64,000 nt of DNA from Candidatus Poribacteria bacterium. GTDB taxonomy: Bacteria > Poribacteria > WGA-4E > WGA-3G. The stretch spans positions 704,001 through 768,000 of the forward strand of contig OZ242029.1 of the NCBI GenBank assembly GCA_965205015.1, read 5' to 3'. How positions within the stretch are numbered: position 1 is the first letter of the stretch; every line of letters starts with the position of its first letter. Positions 1-10,600 of this stretch are shown in pieces. Under the pieces are notes generated by a model. The model worked only from the letters and a program-made list of their open reading frames with translations. It had not been told where the DNA came from and ran no database searches. A program made the translations under genes and the position numbers.

Positions 1-796
1 CGAATCGCCATAGCAGTGATGGCATCCAGGTGACACCCGTTTCTATGAGCGCGACGCGTAGGTCAGGAAACACCTCAAAGACGCCCTCTGACACGAGGCT
101 CAGTACCTGCGCTTGAAATACCTGCGACATACCGACATATTCTTCCAGATAGGTCGAGGTCCACCCTACGGAGGTCGGAGGTAGTCCGGGTGCACCGCCG
201 TAATGGATGCCGATTACCAATCCATGACGCACAGCCGCGGCATAGATAGGATGATACCGTCTATTGCCGTAAGGTGCCTGGGATCGGGCAGGTAGCATTA
301 CCTGTACAAACCCGGGGTGTCCTCCCAGACGTTCAATTTCCCGCGCTCCGAGTTCAGGGTTTTGGCTCGGTACAATCAGTGAACCGCGTAACCGGGGTTC
401 AGGATCCAACCAGTGTTCAATCTGCCAATCGTTGATTGCCGAAGCGAGTGCCGCTGCGAAGTCTTCGTTGTGTACGCTCTGGACCCGATACCCACAGGTG
501 AGGATCCCGTATTCAACCTCCCAGAAATCGAGGGCATGCTTACGCAGGAGCGCTAAATCCGAGGCGGGACGATTTTCTGAAGGATGTATAATTTCCGGGC
601 GCGATGAAGTCGGGGCACCGTCAGGATAGTCGTCTGCATCGGGTCCGGGGAAGCCGGATTCCTCGCAATAGTCGCACCAGTAATCGGGTAGGTACGGATA
701 GAGCATCTGGTGTGAGGGGAGCCGATTGTGGAGGTCGCAGTCGATAATGGACATACCAGCCTGAACAAAATTGGGTTTACTGTTCTCGTTTTCCAT
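1..796 (-). CDS. Amidohydrolase_2 family metal-dependent hydrolase (runs off left edge)
   Basis: Manual translation from ATG at 796: MENENSKPNFVQAGMSIIDCDLHNRLP..., with the N-terminal D-x-D-x-H metal motif; AAGGA-like SD upstream; not in ORF track. Confidence 0.75.
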   Translation of the reverse strand, partial: MENENSKPNFVQAGMSIIDCDLHNRLPSHQMLYPYLPDYWCDYCEESGFPGPDADDYPDGAPTSSRPEIIHPSENRPASDLALLRKHALDFWEVEYGILTCGYRVQSVHNEDFAAALASAINDWQIEHWLDPEPRLRGSLIVPSQNPELGAREIERLGGHPGFVQVMLPARSQAPYGNRRYHPIYAAAVRHGLVIGIHYGGAPGLPPTSVGWTSTYLEEYVGMSQVFQAQVLSLVSEGVFEVFPDLRVALIETGVTWMPSLLWRF

Positions 797-926
797 ACAT
801 TTTTTCCTTTGTGTTTCGGATCGAATTATACGCCACTTTGCTGAGGTTATCAAGTTTTTTTTATAAAGTGTCATCATCAGATGCATCATAAGAGGCACAG
901 ATTAACAGTCTATGCTACAACAAGAC

Positions 927-1898
927 TTACGTTGTGCCATACGTGTTCCAGAACAGGACGTGCTCGCCTTCACATCCGTGCTCCCTTATGTAGTGAGCGA
1001 GTCCTGCTAACGTTTTACCGGTGTAGGTATTCTCAAGCGTAATGCCTTCATGCCCAGCCATCATCGCGACCGCACGCGCCCCTGCTTCCGTTGGAACGGC
1101 ATACCCTTCCCCAAAATCGCCGTGCCAGAGTTCAATCCGGCGTGGGTTGATGTCGTGAGCGTCCACTGCACCGATGAGACGCAGGATACGGCGTACCATA
1201 CGGGAGATTGCCCATGCATTTGCTACCACTGCGTCAGCGACACGTACACCGACGATTTGCGTGCGCAATCCGGCGAGTCGCACGCCAACGATCAAGCCTG
1301 CTATCGTGCCGCAGGTCCCCACCGGCACGAAGATAAATCGCGGCTCTGGTAAGAGGTCCGCCTCAATCTGGGATTTCAATTCTGAAACCGCTTTCACATA
1401 ACCGACGGAACCGAGCGGCGAAGAACCACCCGCTGGGATGAAGTAGCGTTCCTCTCCAATCCCAAGAACCGTCTTCGCCTGTTCATAGGCGTAACGGGCG
1501 AACATCGTCTGCATACGTTTCACTTCGTAGACTCGGTAGGCATTTTCACAAATTTTGCGATAGTTTGCTTCAGAATACTCAGTCGGCGGTTGTTTAAAGA
1601 GCAAGCATTCTACGCGAAATCCCGATGCTTTCCCATAAACGGCTGTCGCTCGGACGTGGTTAGAACCTGTTGGACCGATTGTAAAGAGCGTTTTTCTCTC
1701 GTCTCTATTCGGAGAGGCTTGCGCTGCTGCGAACATATACTCCAATTTACGGACTTTATTGCCGCCGCCTAACGGACCACTGAGATCGTCTCGTTTGATC
1801 CAGAGCGACTTGAAGCCGAGGGCGCGTTCAAGGTTCGAGAGACGCGCCACCGGTGTCGGGAAGTTTCCGAGTGAAAAGTGTGGGATTGATTTAATCAT
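927..1898 (-). CDS. PLP-dependent D-cysteine desulfhydrase / ACC deaminase family
   Basis: KRDDLSG..GGNKVRKLEY, SNH, PAGGS, GTCGT and YTGK motifs. Confidence 0.85.
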   Translation of the reverse strand: MIKSIPHFSLGNFPTPVARLSNLERALGFKSLWIKRDDLSGPLGGGNKVRKLEYMFAAAQASPNRDERKTLFTIGPTGSNHVRATAVYGKASGFRVECLLFKQPPTEYSEANYRKICENAYRVYEVKRMQTMFARYAYEQAKTVLGIGEERYFIPAGGSSPLGSVGYVKAVSELKSQIEADLLPEPRFIFVPVGTCGTIAGLIVGVRLAGLRTQIVGVRVADAVVANAWAISRMVRRILRLIGAVDAHDINPRRIELWHGDFGEGYAVPTEAGARAVAMMAGHEGITLENTYTGKTLAGLAHYIREHGCEGEHVLFWNTYGTT

Positions 1899-1922
1899 CT
1901 TGTTGGCGCATCCTTCGCCAGT

Positions 1923-2077
1923 GGGCAGGCACGAGACCTGCCCCTACAGTAAAATTATGGGCAGGCACGAGACGGAGGGAAATCCGCAGAAATACGCAGA
2001 AATACCCTATCAAAAACACCCAAGCAATACGCAGAAATATCCTACCAAAAACACCCCAAGCAAAAACCCCCTACAGT
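1923..2077. repeat. GTAG-type REP palindrome, a partial second copy and a ~36-bp tandem duplication
   Basis: gggcaggcacgagacctgcccctac (reverse complement GTAGGGGCAGGTCTCGTGCCTGCCC); aatacgcagaaata..caaaaacaccc(c)aagca occurs twice. Confidence 0.7.
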
Positions 2078-2081
2078 AGGA

Positions 2082-3635
2082 TTACACGCTACCGTTCCCC
2101 GTAATCCGATGGGCAACGTGCGTAGCGAGTGCGGCGACCGTCAACGTCGGGGGCACACCGATGGAGGTCGGAAACAGACTCGCATCCGCAACAAATAAAC
2201 CTTTCACGGCGTGGGATTCCCCTGACAGATTAACGACGCTTCTGTTGGGATTCTCGCCCATCTGAAGCGTGCCCTGTGGATGACTGGAAGCCAACATGAT
2301 GTCATTTGGCACGATACCACGTTGACGGATAATCTCGAGGTCCGCCTCTGTTTTGATAGGAAAGTGCTGTGTATAAGGCATCAGAATTTCTGTTGCGCCT
2401 GCGGCGAAAAGGAGGCGAGCGGCGTTGATTATCCCTTCCACCAATACTTTCTTATCCGAACGACGCAGTCGGTATCCAATGTTCGGGGACCCCTTATAAT
2501 CCACCGATACGCGTCCGGTTGTTCTGTCATGCAAAAGGACGAGGAGCGCGGCGATGTGACGATAGCGTTCCATTAATTCCCGATGATCTTCACCGAATCC
2601 CGGCAGACTTGCCGCCATTATCACCTGTGAGCCGAAAGCCGGCATGAGCAGATAACCGCTGTCCGGTAGGCGTTTCATATCCAGAAAGTGATCAATATAG
2701 TAACTTTGCGGGATACCGAGATGTCCATCAATGGTTTCGTTAAAGACCCCACCGACGAAGGCAGCGGGATGCAGATGGAGATTTTTTCCGACCCGCCGGT
2801 TCGCATTGGGAAGCCGACTTTTTAACCAGAGTTGTGGCGAGTTGATAGCCCCAGCAGCGAGTACCACTCTATCGCTCTGCACATGCAATTTGCCCGACGG
2901 CATCCGCGCGGAAACACCAACGACTCGCTCCTTTTCCACGTGAATTTTCTCAGCCGTGCAGTCGCTGTAAAGCTTCGCACCTGCGGCAAGTGCCAAAGGG
3001 ATATACGTAACCCCCATGCTCTGCTTGCCCGTTCCTCTCGAATTGCTTTGCGCTGCTTTGGAAACAGGACATCCAAAAAGACACTGAACTCCACATGTAG
3101 GGCATTCACCGCGGTTGTGCCTTTGCACTCCACCGCGCCACCGCATCGCCTCGCACCCCCGGCGGATAACAGTGTTTAATTGATTTACGTCTGTTTCTTG
3201 CATCTGCGTAACGCCGAGGATCCGCTCCACCTGATTGAAGTGGGGCCAAATCTCCGGGACCTGCCACCTGTATAAGAGTGCTTGGGCTGGGCGGACCGCA
3301 TAGCAGAGATTATGTACCGTTGAACCGCCAACCCCTTTGCCTTGTGAAACGATAATCGCGTTGTCCCGGGTACGCCGTAAACCGCTCTCCCAGAAAAGGC
3401 GACGCAGCATTTCCGGTTCGTAGTTACCGAAGGTACTCGGATCGTGATTTTCCCCTGCCTCTAAAATAATCACCGATAATCCGGCTTCAGCGAGCTCCTT
3501 CGCGACGACCGCGCCTCCCGCGCCGGAACCGATGACGCACACATCGGCGCGCTCTTGCCGCTGTATACTTTTTTTCTTCAACCATGTGGATCGAATATTG
3601 GTAGCCTTTGAAAGCCAAGATTGTGATTTATTCAT
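2082..3635 (-). CDS. GMC family oxidoreductase
   Basis: VIGSGAGG FAD motif, GKGVGGST, AAGAINSP, GKNLHLHP, HPQGT, DASLFPT..PTLT. Confidence 0.9.
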   Translation of the reverse strand: MNKSQSWLSKATNIRSTWLKKKSIQRQERADVCVIGSGAGGAVVAKELAEAGLSVIILEAGENHDPSTFGNYEPEMLRRLFWESGLRRTRDNAIIVSQGKGVGGSTVHNLCYAVRPAQALLYRWQVPEIWPHFNQVERILGVTQMQETDVNQLNTVIRRGCEAMRWRGGVQRHNRGECPTCGVQCLFGCPVSKAAQSNSRGTGKQSMGVTYIPLALAAGAKLYSDCTAEKIHVEKERVVGVSARMPSGKLHVQSDRVVLAAGAINSPQLWLKSRLPNANRRVGKNLHLHPAAFVGGVFNETIDGHLGIPQSYYIDHFLDMKRLPDSGYLLMPAFGSQVIMAASLPGFGEDHRELMERYRHIAALLVLLHDRTTGRVSVDYKGSPNIGYRLRRSDKKVLVEGIINAARLLFAAGATEILMPYTQHFPIKTEADLEIIRQRGIVPNDIMLASSHPQGTLQMGENPNRSVVNLSGESHAVKGLFVADASLFPTSIGVPPTLTVAALATHVAHRITGNGSV

Positions 3636-3639
3636 AGCA

Positions 3640-3733
3640 CTCGTCAGTTACAAGATTGGACGATTGGACGATTGGACGATTGGACGGTTGGGGTGCCTAT
3701 CCTTCCCTCCTTCCTACCTTCCATTCCTGCTGA
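3640..3733. repeat. Short tandem repeat / purine-pyrimidine palindromic intergenic element
   Basis: Tandem (gattggac) units x4 followed by ccttcc-rich arm; similar elements at 13330-13425, 24800-24880 and 26490-26575. Confidence 0.6.
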
Positions 3734-3736
3734 AGT

Positions 3737-4882
3737 TCATTGTGTTAAGGACCGGTAACGTCGGTACGCCTGTTCTGCTTTCGTCCGATCACCGATTTGA
3801 CGATAAGCGTTCGCCAAGTTTCGGTAAAGTTGCGGATTTGTTGTACCAAGGTGTGTCGCCGCCTCAAACTGCACGATTGCCTGCCGAGGTTTTTTTAGCA
3901 TCATATAGACAATGCCGAGACTGTTCCGGTATATCGCGCTCTCTGGGTGTGCCTCAACGAGACCGCCATAGACGTCAAGTGCCTCTGGATACGCCTCTGT
4001 TTGTAGGTAAATGTAACCCAGCAGTTCAGATGCCTTCTCATCGTGCGGTGCAATGGCGAGACATGCTTTAAGCTCCGTCGCAGCAAGTTCCCATTCCGTC
4101 CTTTTTATAAGGAGTTCTGCCAACCCATAACGCGGTTGAAGGCGTTGTGGATCGTTGCGGACCAAACGTTGCAGTGATGTCAGTTGTTCCTCTTCGCGAG
4201 TCAGTTTTTCAAATGTGCGGAGGGCAGTGCGTCCCTCAGCGATTTTCCCCGTGCGGAGGTAACAATTCCCAAGATTGAAATGCGCTTTGGCGTGTCGGCT
4301 TTCGCGTTTAATGACGGCTTCAAAATGCGGTATCGCCTGTGTGAAATCTTCCTTTTGGAAATACGCAAGACCGAGGAGATAACGGGCTTCGCTATTCCGT
4401 ACCAACTGTTTAAGGTGATGAATCGCATCGTCGATTCGGTTCTGACGGAGGTAGGCCTTACCTAATAGCCTTCGTGCGCGCGAGAGGTCAGGTTGTAACT
4501 GTAGCGCACGTTCCAAGGGTTCAGTCGCAGCCTTAGCACTCGCCATGCCGATAAGATATGCCTCACCGAGGCGAACGTGTGCATCAGCGAAATCGGGTGT
4601 AAGGTTAATCGCAATCTGGAGCGTATCAACAGCAGGTTTCCATTGCGATTGTTTGCCATAAAGCACCCCGAGTTGATAGTGCGCTTCAGCGAGGGTTGGA
4701 TCCAGTTCTATTGCCCGTTGAAAGGCTGCAAATGCATTATGATTCTCTCCGCGAGTGAGTGCCTGTAAACCTGCTTCGTAAGCGCGGGCAGCCTTGTCCG
4801 GTTGGTTTCCCTCTTCTGCTGGTGCAAAACAGGCTATTGATAGGAAAATTAGGAAAGAAAGGCGAAGAAGATTCACTTCCAT
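3737..4882 (-). CDS. Secreted TPR repeat protein
   Basis: N-terminal signal peptide; multiple TPRs (AEAHYQLG, AHFNLGNCY). Confidence 0.85.
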   Translation of the reverse strand: MEVNLLRLSFLIFLSIACFAPAEEGNQPDKAARAYEAGLQALTRGENHNAFAAFQRAIELDPTLAEAHYQLGVLYGKQSQWKPAVDTLQIAINLTPDFADAHVRLGEAYLIGMASAKAATEPLERALQLQPDLSRARRLLGKAYLRQNRIDDAIHHLKQLVRNSEARYLLGLAYFQKEDFTQAIPHFEAVIKRESRHAKAHFNLGNCYLRTGKIAEGRTALRTFEKLTREEEQLTSLQRLVRNDPQRLQPRYGLAELLIKRTEWELAATELKACLAIAPHDEKASELLGYIYLQTEAYPEALDVYGGLVEAHPESAIYRNSLGIVYMMLKKPRQAIVQFEAATHLGTTNPQLYRNLANAYRQIGDRTKAEQAYRRYRSLTQ

Positions 4883-5042
4883 TTTTTAATTATTCCAATA
4901 GACATCGTTTTGCCTTTATGATAGCATACTTCTAAATGTCTATCAACTTTCTATCAGGATGGAGTCAACTATTCAGTTTTAGGGCTTTGTCCGACTTATC
5001 CGAAAAGTCGGGAATCGGAGTTCCCTCCTACTAAAGAAAACG

Positions 5043-5120
5043 TGCAGCTCGTAATGAAATGGAGAGCGGATATACGGAAAGGAACGTTAAGTCCGAAACC
5101 CAGCGGACCAAACCGCAAGG
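5043..5120 (+). repeat. Dispersed ~80-100 bp leader repeat (GYAGCYCG...AACCGCAAGG)
   Basis: Homologous copies at 18441-18520(-), 23264-23340(-) and 56375-56471(+). Confidence 0.7.
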
Positions 5121-5132
5121 AATAATTAAAAG

Positions 5133-5981
5133 ATGGAATTTGTTCAGTTGACGGAGACACAACGCCAAGAATTTGAAGAGAACGGTTACCTCATCGTGCG
5201 CTCAGCAATTGATGACGAGATGATTCAACGTCTGACCGAGACAGGTGACCGGCTCATGGAATCGTTTGAGTACCACAACTATTACGCACATCGGCGGGAC
5301 GGGTTGGTGCAAGAACCCGCATTCGCCGATCTTGCGACACAGTCGAAGGCAGTGCCGTTGATTCTGCAACTGCTCGGTACAAATATCCACATCACGAACA
5401 CAGCACTCATCCACAAACACCCACAGGCACCTGAGAAGCCCGACAACCGCAATTGGCATCGAGATGTCGGTGTGCATCTGGATGTTGGGCACGCAGGGTG
5501 CCCGCGCGTCGGCTTGAAGGTAGGCTACTGCTTAACGGACTTCAGTGTCCCGAACTCAGGCGCGACATGGTTCATCCGAAAGAGTCACAAACTGAGTCAA
5601 CCGTTGGGTATCCCGGAAGGGACAGTTGATCCGCCTGTATATGACGAACCGCTCCTCCGCGCAGGAGATGCGTTTCTGTTTGAAAGTCGTATCTATCATG
5701 CAGCAGGGCTAAATTTCAGAGAGAACATCTCTAAAGTCGTCATCTACGGGTACCATTATCGCTGGATTAAGCCGGATTACTATCTGCGCTATTACAACGA
5801 TAGCCTGCAACCGGATGAAACACTAACGGAAAACTTAGACGATCTCGGCAGGCAGTTTCTCGGTGCTTCCACGGATACACAAGGTAGACGCGATCCGAAC
5901 GGCGTCCATTGGGCTGGTACCGAATGGGCAGCGGCGCATGATCTGGCTCTCGAACAGGCACCACAAGTTGTGGCAATTTAA
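5133..5981 (+). CDS. Phytanoyl-CoA dioxygenase (PhyH) family Fe/2OG oxygenase
   Basis: FEENGYLIV, WHRD (HxD), NSGAT...SHK, AGDAFLF..RIYHA. Confidence 0.9.
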   Translation: MEFVQLTETQRQEFEENGYLIVRSAIDDEMIQRLTETGDRLMESFEYHNYYAHRRDGLVQEPAFADLATQSKAVPLILQLLGTNIHITNTALIHKHPQAPEKPDNRNWHRDVGVHLDVGHAGCPRVGLKVGYCLTDFSVPNSGATWFIRKSHKLSQPLGIPEGTVDPPVYDEPLLRAGDAFLFESRIYHAAGLNFRENISKVVIYGYHYRWIKPDYYLRYYNDSLQPDETLTENLDDLGRQFLGASTDTQGRRDPNGVHWAGTEWAAAHDLALEQAPQVVAI

Positions 5982-6229
5982 AATATAACGAAGTTGCTAC
6001 TTACAAGATTGTAGGCACGCAGATACTGTGATTGAAATTGGTTCATTATCCGTAGAGGTTTGTAACGCAAATTGAATGAGGTTTCAATAAATATTTCGGT
6101 AATTCTATATTTCCCCCAGGCCCGGTAGGTGCGGTTTCAAACCGAATCGGACATCGTTGGGAAATTACCAAATTAAATTCTGAATCTTCATAAAGATTGT
6201 GCTACAAAGGCAGCACCTTAAGTTAACGT

Positions 6230-7570
6230 ATGAAAAACGTGATAAGGTTCTCAGTTTTAATAGGGATTCTCGCCAACGTGATCCTTGGCTGTGATATGGA
6301 TAGCGAGGAAGAAGTCAGAGACCTGGATCCAGTCCAGTTCGTTTCAGCGGACCCACCCAGTGGCAGTACACTCCTATCAAACGCACCTATCACAGTTTCG
6401 TTCGACGGCATCCCAGAGGACCTGATCGTGCCGCAAGGCGTAGTTTCTCGATCTGCCCGGACCCGCAAGACTGTCATCATATCGGGACCCTTTACTGTCG
6501 GTGAACTCACACTTACAATGAAATGGAAAGACGGCGCACACACGCTCGTCTATACAGTTGAGCCTGTCCCTGTCAAGTTTGTTTCTGTGAATCCCCCGGA
6601 CGGGAGCCTGTTATTGCCAGATGCACTCATTACCGTTTCATTTGATGGAGAGCCGAAGAATTTGAGCGTGACACCCGGAAAAGTCAGTGTCTCTGGCAGG
6701 ATAGCCACTATACCGGGTCCTTTCCCACGAGGAGAACTCACCCTTGAAATGAAATGGGACAGTGGGACACACACGCTCGCTTATACAGTCGAATTCGCCG
6801 TGCCAGAAGGAATGTCCCTGATTCCCGAAGGTGAGTTTGAGATGGGTAGCGATACAGCTGAGGCGAACGACGATGAACGTCCTGTCCACACCGTTTATGT
6901 AGATGCGTTTTACATGGACAAACATGAAGTGACAGTTGGCGAATATCGGGAGTTTGTTCAAAAAACGGGACATCGCGCCCCGGACTGGGACAAGGTTTCT
7001 CGCTATTCGCCGACCGATCAGTCTCCGATCGTTTTTGTGAGTTGGCACGATGCGATGGCGTATGCGAAGTGGAAAGGTAAACGGCTCCCGACGGAAGCAG
7101 AATGGGAGAAAGCGACACGCGGGGGTGTCTCCGGGCGGTCATATCCGTGGGGCAACGCTGCACCGGACGGAACGCAGTGCAACTTCGCCGATAAGAATAT
7201 TGCCCACTTCTGGTGGGCAGATGAAGAGACAGACGATGGTTACGCACACACTGCCCCAGTCGGGAGTTATCCTGACAATGCATACGGTTTACACGATATG
7301 GCTGGAAATGTGTGGGAGTGGTGTCTCGATGAATACGACCCCGGTTTCTATGCGATTTCGCCGGACACAAATCCCTTTTCAGAGGTAGACACTATAGAAG
7401 CGATAATTGATACCTTTTCGAGTGTTCAGACCCCACGCGTGTTGCGCGGCGGTTCCTGGCTCGTGACGGTGCTCGGTGTGCGGAGTGCCGTTCGCTTCAG
7501 GCTCGATCCGTCCAGCACGAACAACAGTGTTGGTTTCCGGTGTGCGAAGGATCTGGAGGCTTTACAATAA
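6230..7570 (+). CDS. Lipoprotein with duplicated Ig-like domains and C-terminal FGE-sulfatase (SUMF1) domain
   Basis: Lipobox ILGC; two similar FVSxxPPxGS repeats; FEMGS, RLPTEAEWE, GLHDMAGNVWEW, RGGSW, GFRC. Confidence 0.9.
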   Translation: MKNVIRFSVLIGILANVILGCDMDSEEEVRDLDPVQFVSADPPSGSTLLSNAPITVSFDGIPEDLIVPQGVVSRSARTRKTVIISGPFTVGELTLTMKWKDGAHTLVYTVEPVPVKFVSVNPPDGSLLLPDALITVSFDGEPKNLSVTPGKVSVSGRIATIPGPFPRGELTLEMKWDSGTHTLAYTVEFAVPEGMSLIPEGEFEMGSDTAEANDDERPVHTVYVDAFYMDKHEVTVGEYREFVQKTGHRAPDWDKVSRYSPTDQSPIVFVSWHDAMAYAKWKGKRLPTEAEWEKATRGGVSGRSYPWGNAAPDGTQCNFADKNIAHFWWADEETDDGYAHTAPVGSYPDNAYGLHDMAGNVWEWCLDEYDPGFYAISPDTNPFSEVDTIEAIIDTFSSVQTPRVLRGGSWLVTVLGVRSAVRFRLDPSSTNNSVGFRCAKDLEALQ

Positions 7571-7696
7571 TGTGAGTTCGACTTAAGGATTTCAAGGAAT
7601 TCACCACGATATACCATGTTTCTCAAGGACTTGGAACAGACATATTTAATTGGTGCTTTCCAAACACATCCCGTTGAAGGAGATTTTGCCGTGAAC

Positions 7697-10600
7697 ATGC
7701 GAGTCAAACGTTTCTTTTTCATACTCACCCTCTTATTGAGTTTTTTGCCGCTGGGTTTTGCCCAAGATCTACTACCGAGGCCGATAGTACGGATCATCTA
7801 CTTTTCTCCAAATGACCGCGCTCCGCAGCCAGACATAGATGAAAAGATAGATAGGTTAATAAAGGATGTGCAGGCATTTTACGCACAACACATGGAAAAC
7901 CACGGGTTTGACAGAAAAACTTTTCTGCTTGAAACCGACGCACAGGGAAAAGCTATCGTCCATCACGTGAAGGGCCGGTTCAACCACACATATTATCAGA
8001 ATAACTGGAGGAAAGCTGAGAGAGAATCTCTTGAACAGTCTGACAGACGAAACGCCTCTATCAATTTTATTGTGTTAGATGTAAACCTCGAAGGAATAAC
8101 GCCATGCGGTGGGGGCAGTGGAAATGGGCATGTTGGAAGAGCATTTGTTACCACCCAACCAGATTGTTTTAACGTTCCAATTATTGCGCATGAACTCGGG
8201 CACGCCTTTGGACTCTGGCACGATTACCGCCCCGTTGGCGGCAACTGGAAACGTGCCTTAGGTATCAGGGACCCTATGATAACATCTTTGTGCGCTGCGG
8301 AGTGGTTGGATGTGATTTCCGCCTTTAATGCCCCCCAAACCCCGTTCAATCAGAGAACAACAATTGAGATGCTTGGGCCGCCAACCCTCGTGGCAGCCCC
8401 GAACACCTTCCGTTTCCGCTTTAAAGTGCAAGATTCGGATGGCCTCCATCAGGTGCAACTGCACATGCGGGATCCCTTGATTGGACACGCTGGTGACTCT
8501 TTGTTGGATTATAAGGGATTAAAAGGAGTCCGCAGCAGTACCCTTGAATTTGTTAGCAGTATCCTACTGGGGCCGACGACGCATGGTGTAGTGATTGAAA
8601 GCATTGATGTGCATGGATACACACAATCCCAGAATTATCCAGTTGACCTGACTCCGCTATTTCCTCCGCCTGAAGTTGTGTCTATACCAGATGCGAATTT
8701 GGCATCGGCAATCCGGCGAGAGATTGGCAGTTCAATCACGACGCGCACGCTGCTGAATTTAACCTCTCTTGCTCTCCCTACTCGCAGAATAACAGATCTT
8801 ACCGGTCTTGAACATGCACACAATCTACTCAGCTTAAATCTTAGGCGTCAGCACATTGGTGGAGAGGGGTTTTCGGTATTAGATTTGTCACCGATTGGAA
8901 ATTTACCCCGACTGTCACGGCTGGACCTTTCTCACAATTCCCTCACGGATGTCGCACCCCTCTCGGGATTAACATCACTGAGAGAACTGTGGCTTTCTGA
9001 CAACAATATCACGGATGTCGCACCCCTCTCCGAATTAACATACCTGACACGACTGTGGCTTTCTGACAACAATATCACGGATGTCGCACCCCTCTCCGAA
9101 TTAATACAACTGAGAGAACTGTGGCTTGATGGCAACAATATCGCTGATGTCGCACCCCTCTCGGGATTGACACAACTCACAGAACTGCGGCTTTCTGGCA
9201 GAAATATCACGGATGTCGCACCCCTCTCAGGATTAACACAACTCACAGAGCTGGAGCTTCCTTACAGCAATATCACGGATGTCGCACCCCTCTCAGGATT
9301 AACACAACTGAAATACCTAAGGCTTTCTTACAGCAATATCACGGATGTCGCACCCCTCTCAGGATTAACACAACTGAAATACCTGGGGCTTCATCGCAAC
9401 AATATCACGGATGTCGCACCCCTCTCCGAATTAACACAACTGAAATACCTAAAGCTTTCTGACAACAATATCACGGATGTCGCACCCCTCTCCGAATTAA
9501 CACAACTCACAGAACTGCGGCTTTTTGGCAACAATATCGCTGATGTCGCACCCCTCTCCGAATTAACACAACTGACAAGGCTGTACCTTGATGGCAACAA
9601 TATCGCTGATGTGACACCCCTCTCCGAATTAACACAACTGAAATACCTATGGCTTCATCGCAACAAAATCACGGATGTGACACCTCTCTCGGGATTGACA
9701 CAACTCACAGAACTGTACCTTGCTGACAACAATATTACTGATGTGGCACCCCTCTTGGGATTAACACAACTGATAGAACTGAGGCTTCAGACTAACCCAC
9801 TGGGCTATGCCTCTATCCACACACACATTCCTGCCATGCAGGCAAAAGGGATCCCAATCCGTTTTCACAATGTTGTGCATCCCGCACTCCTGAAGGTCTC
9901 AGGCGATGCACAGACAGGATCGGTGGGGAATCCTCTGGCAGCTTTTATTGTCGAAGCACAGGATGAACGCGGCCAGCCAATGCCTGACGTACGCGTCAAG
10001 TTTGCAGTTGAGGCAGGTGGAGGCACGCTCAACCCAACAATCACTGCGACCGATGCCGATGGCAAGGCACAAACAATCTTGACACCCGGATGGACTCCTG
10101 ACACGACTACTATTCGCGCAACTGCCACAGGTATTACAGCATACGTCCGTTTTACAGCGACCGCCACCGTGCTGACAGATCGCCGTGCTGAAGATGTCAA
10201 TGCGGACGGTGTTGTTGATGTGGAGGACCTCGTCCTTGTGGCATCCAGTTTCGGGGCGGTGCCGACTCCCAGCACGCTTCCCGATACGGACATCAACGAT
10301 GACGGCGACATCAATCAAGAAGATGTCGAATTGGTTTTAGCGGCACTTGAGGCAGCACCCGCTGCGCCTTCCCTGGATACGCAGTGGACTGTATCAAGCC
10401 TTCAGCGGTGGATCGCAGAAGCGAAGCAACGGAATATAGGTGATGCTACTTTTCAGCGAGGCATAAAAATACTTGAGAAACTGCTCGCAGATTTGCTCCC
10501 GAAACAGACACTACTTCTCGCCAACTATCCGAACCCGTTCAACCCGGAGACGTGGATACCCTATCAACTGTCAGAACCAGGAGATGTGATAGTGCATATC

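Noticed and set aside
6075-6192. Possible MITE with imperfect inverted ends around a REP-like core
   Set aside because: Only one copy visible and the inverted repeats are weak; cannot be supported from this window
8930-9790. 66-bp periodicity resembling CRISPR repeat-spacer units
   Set aside because: It is an in-frame LRR coding repeat, and the intervening parts are mutually homologous
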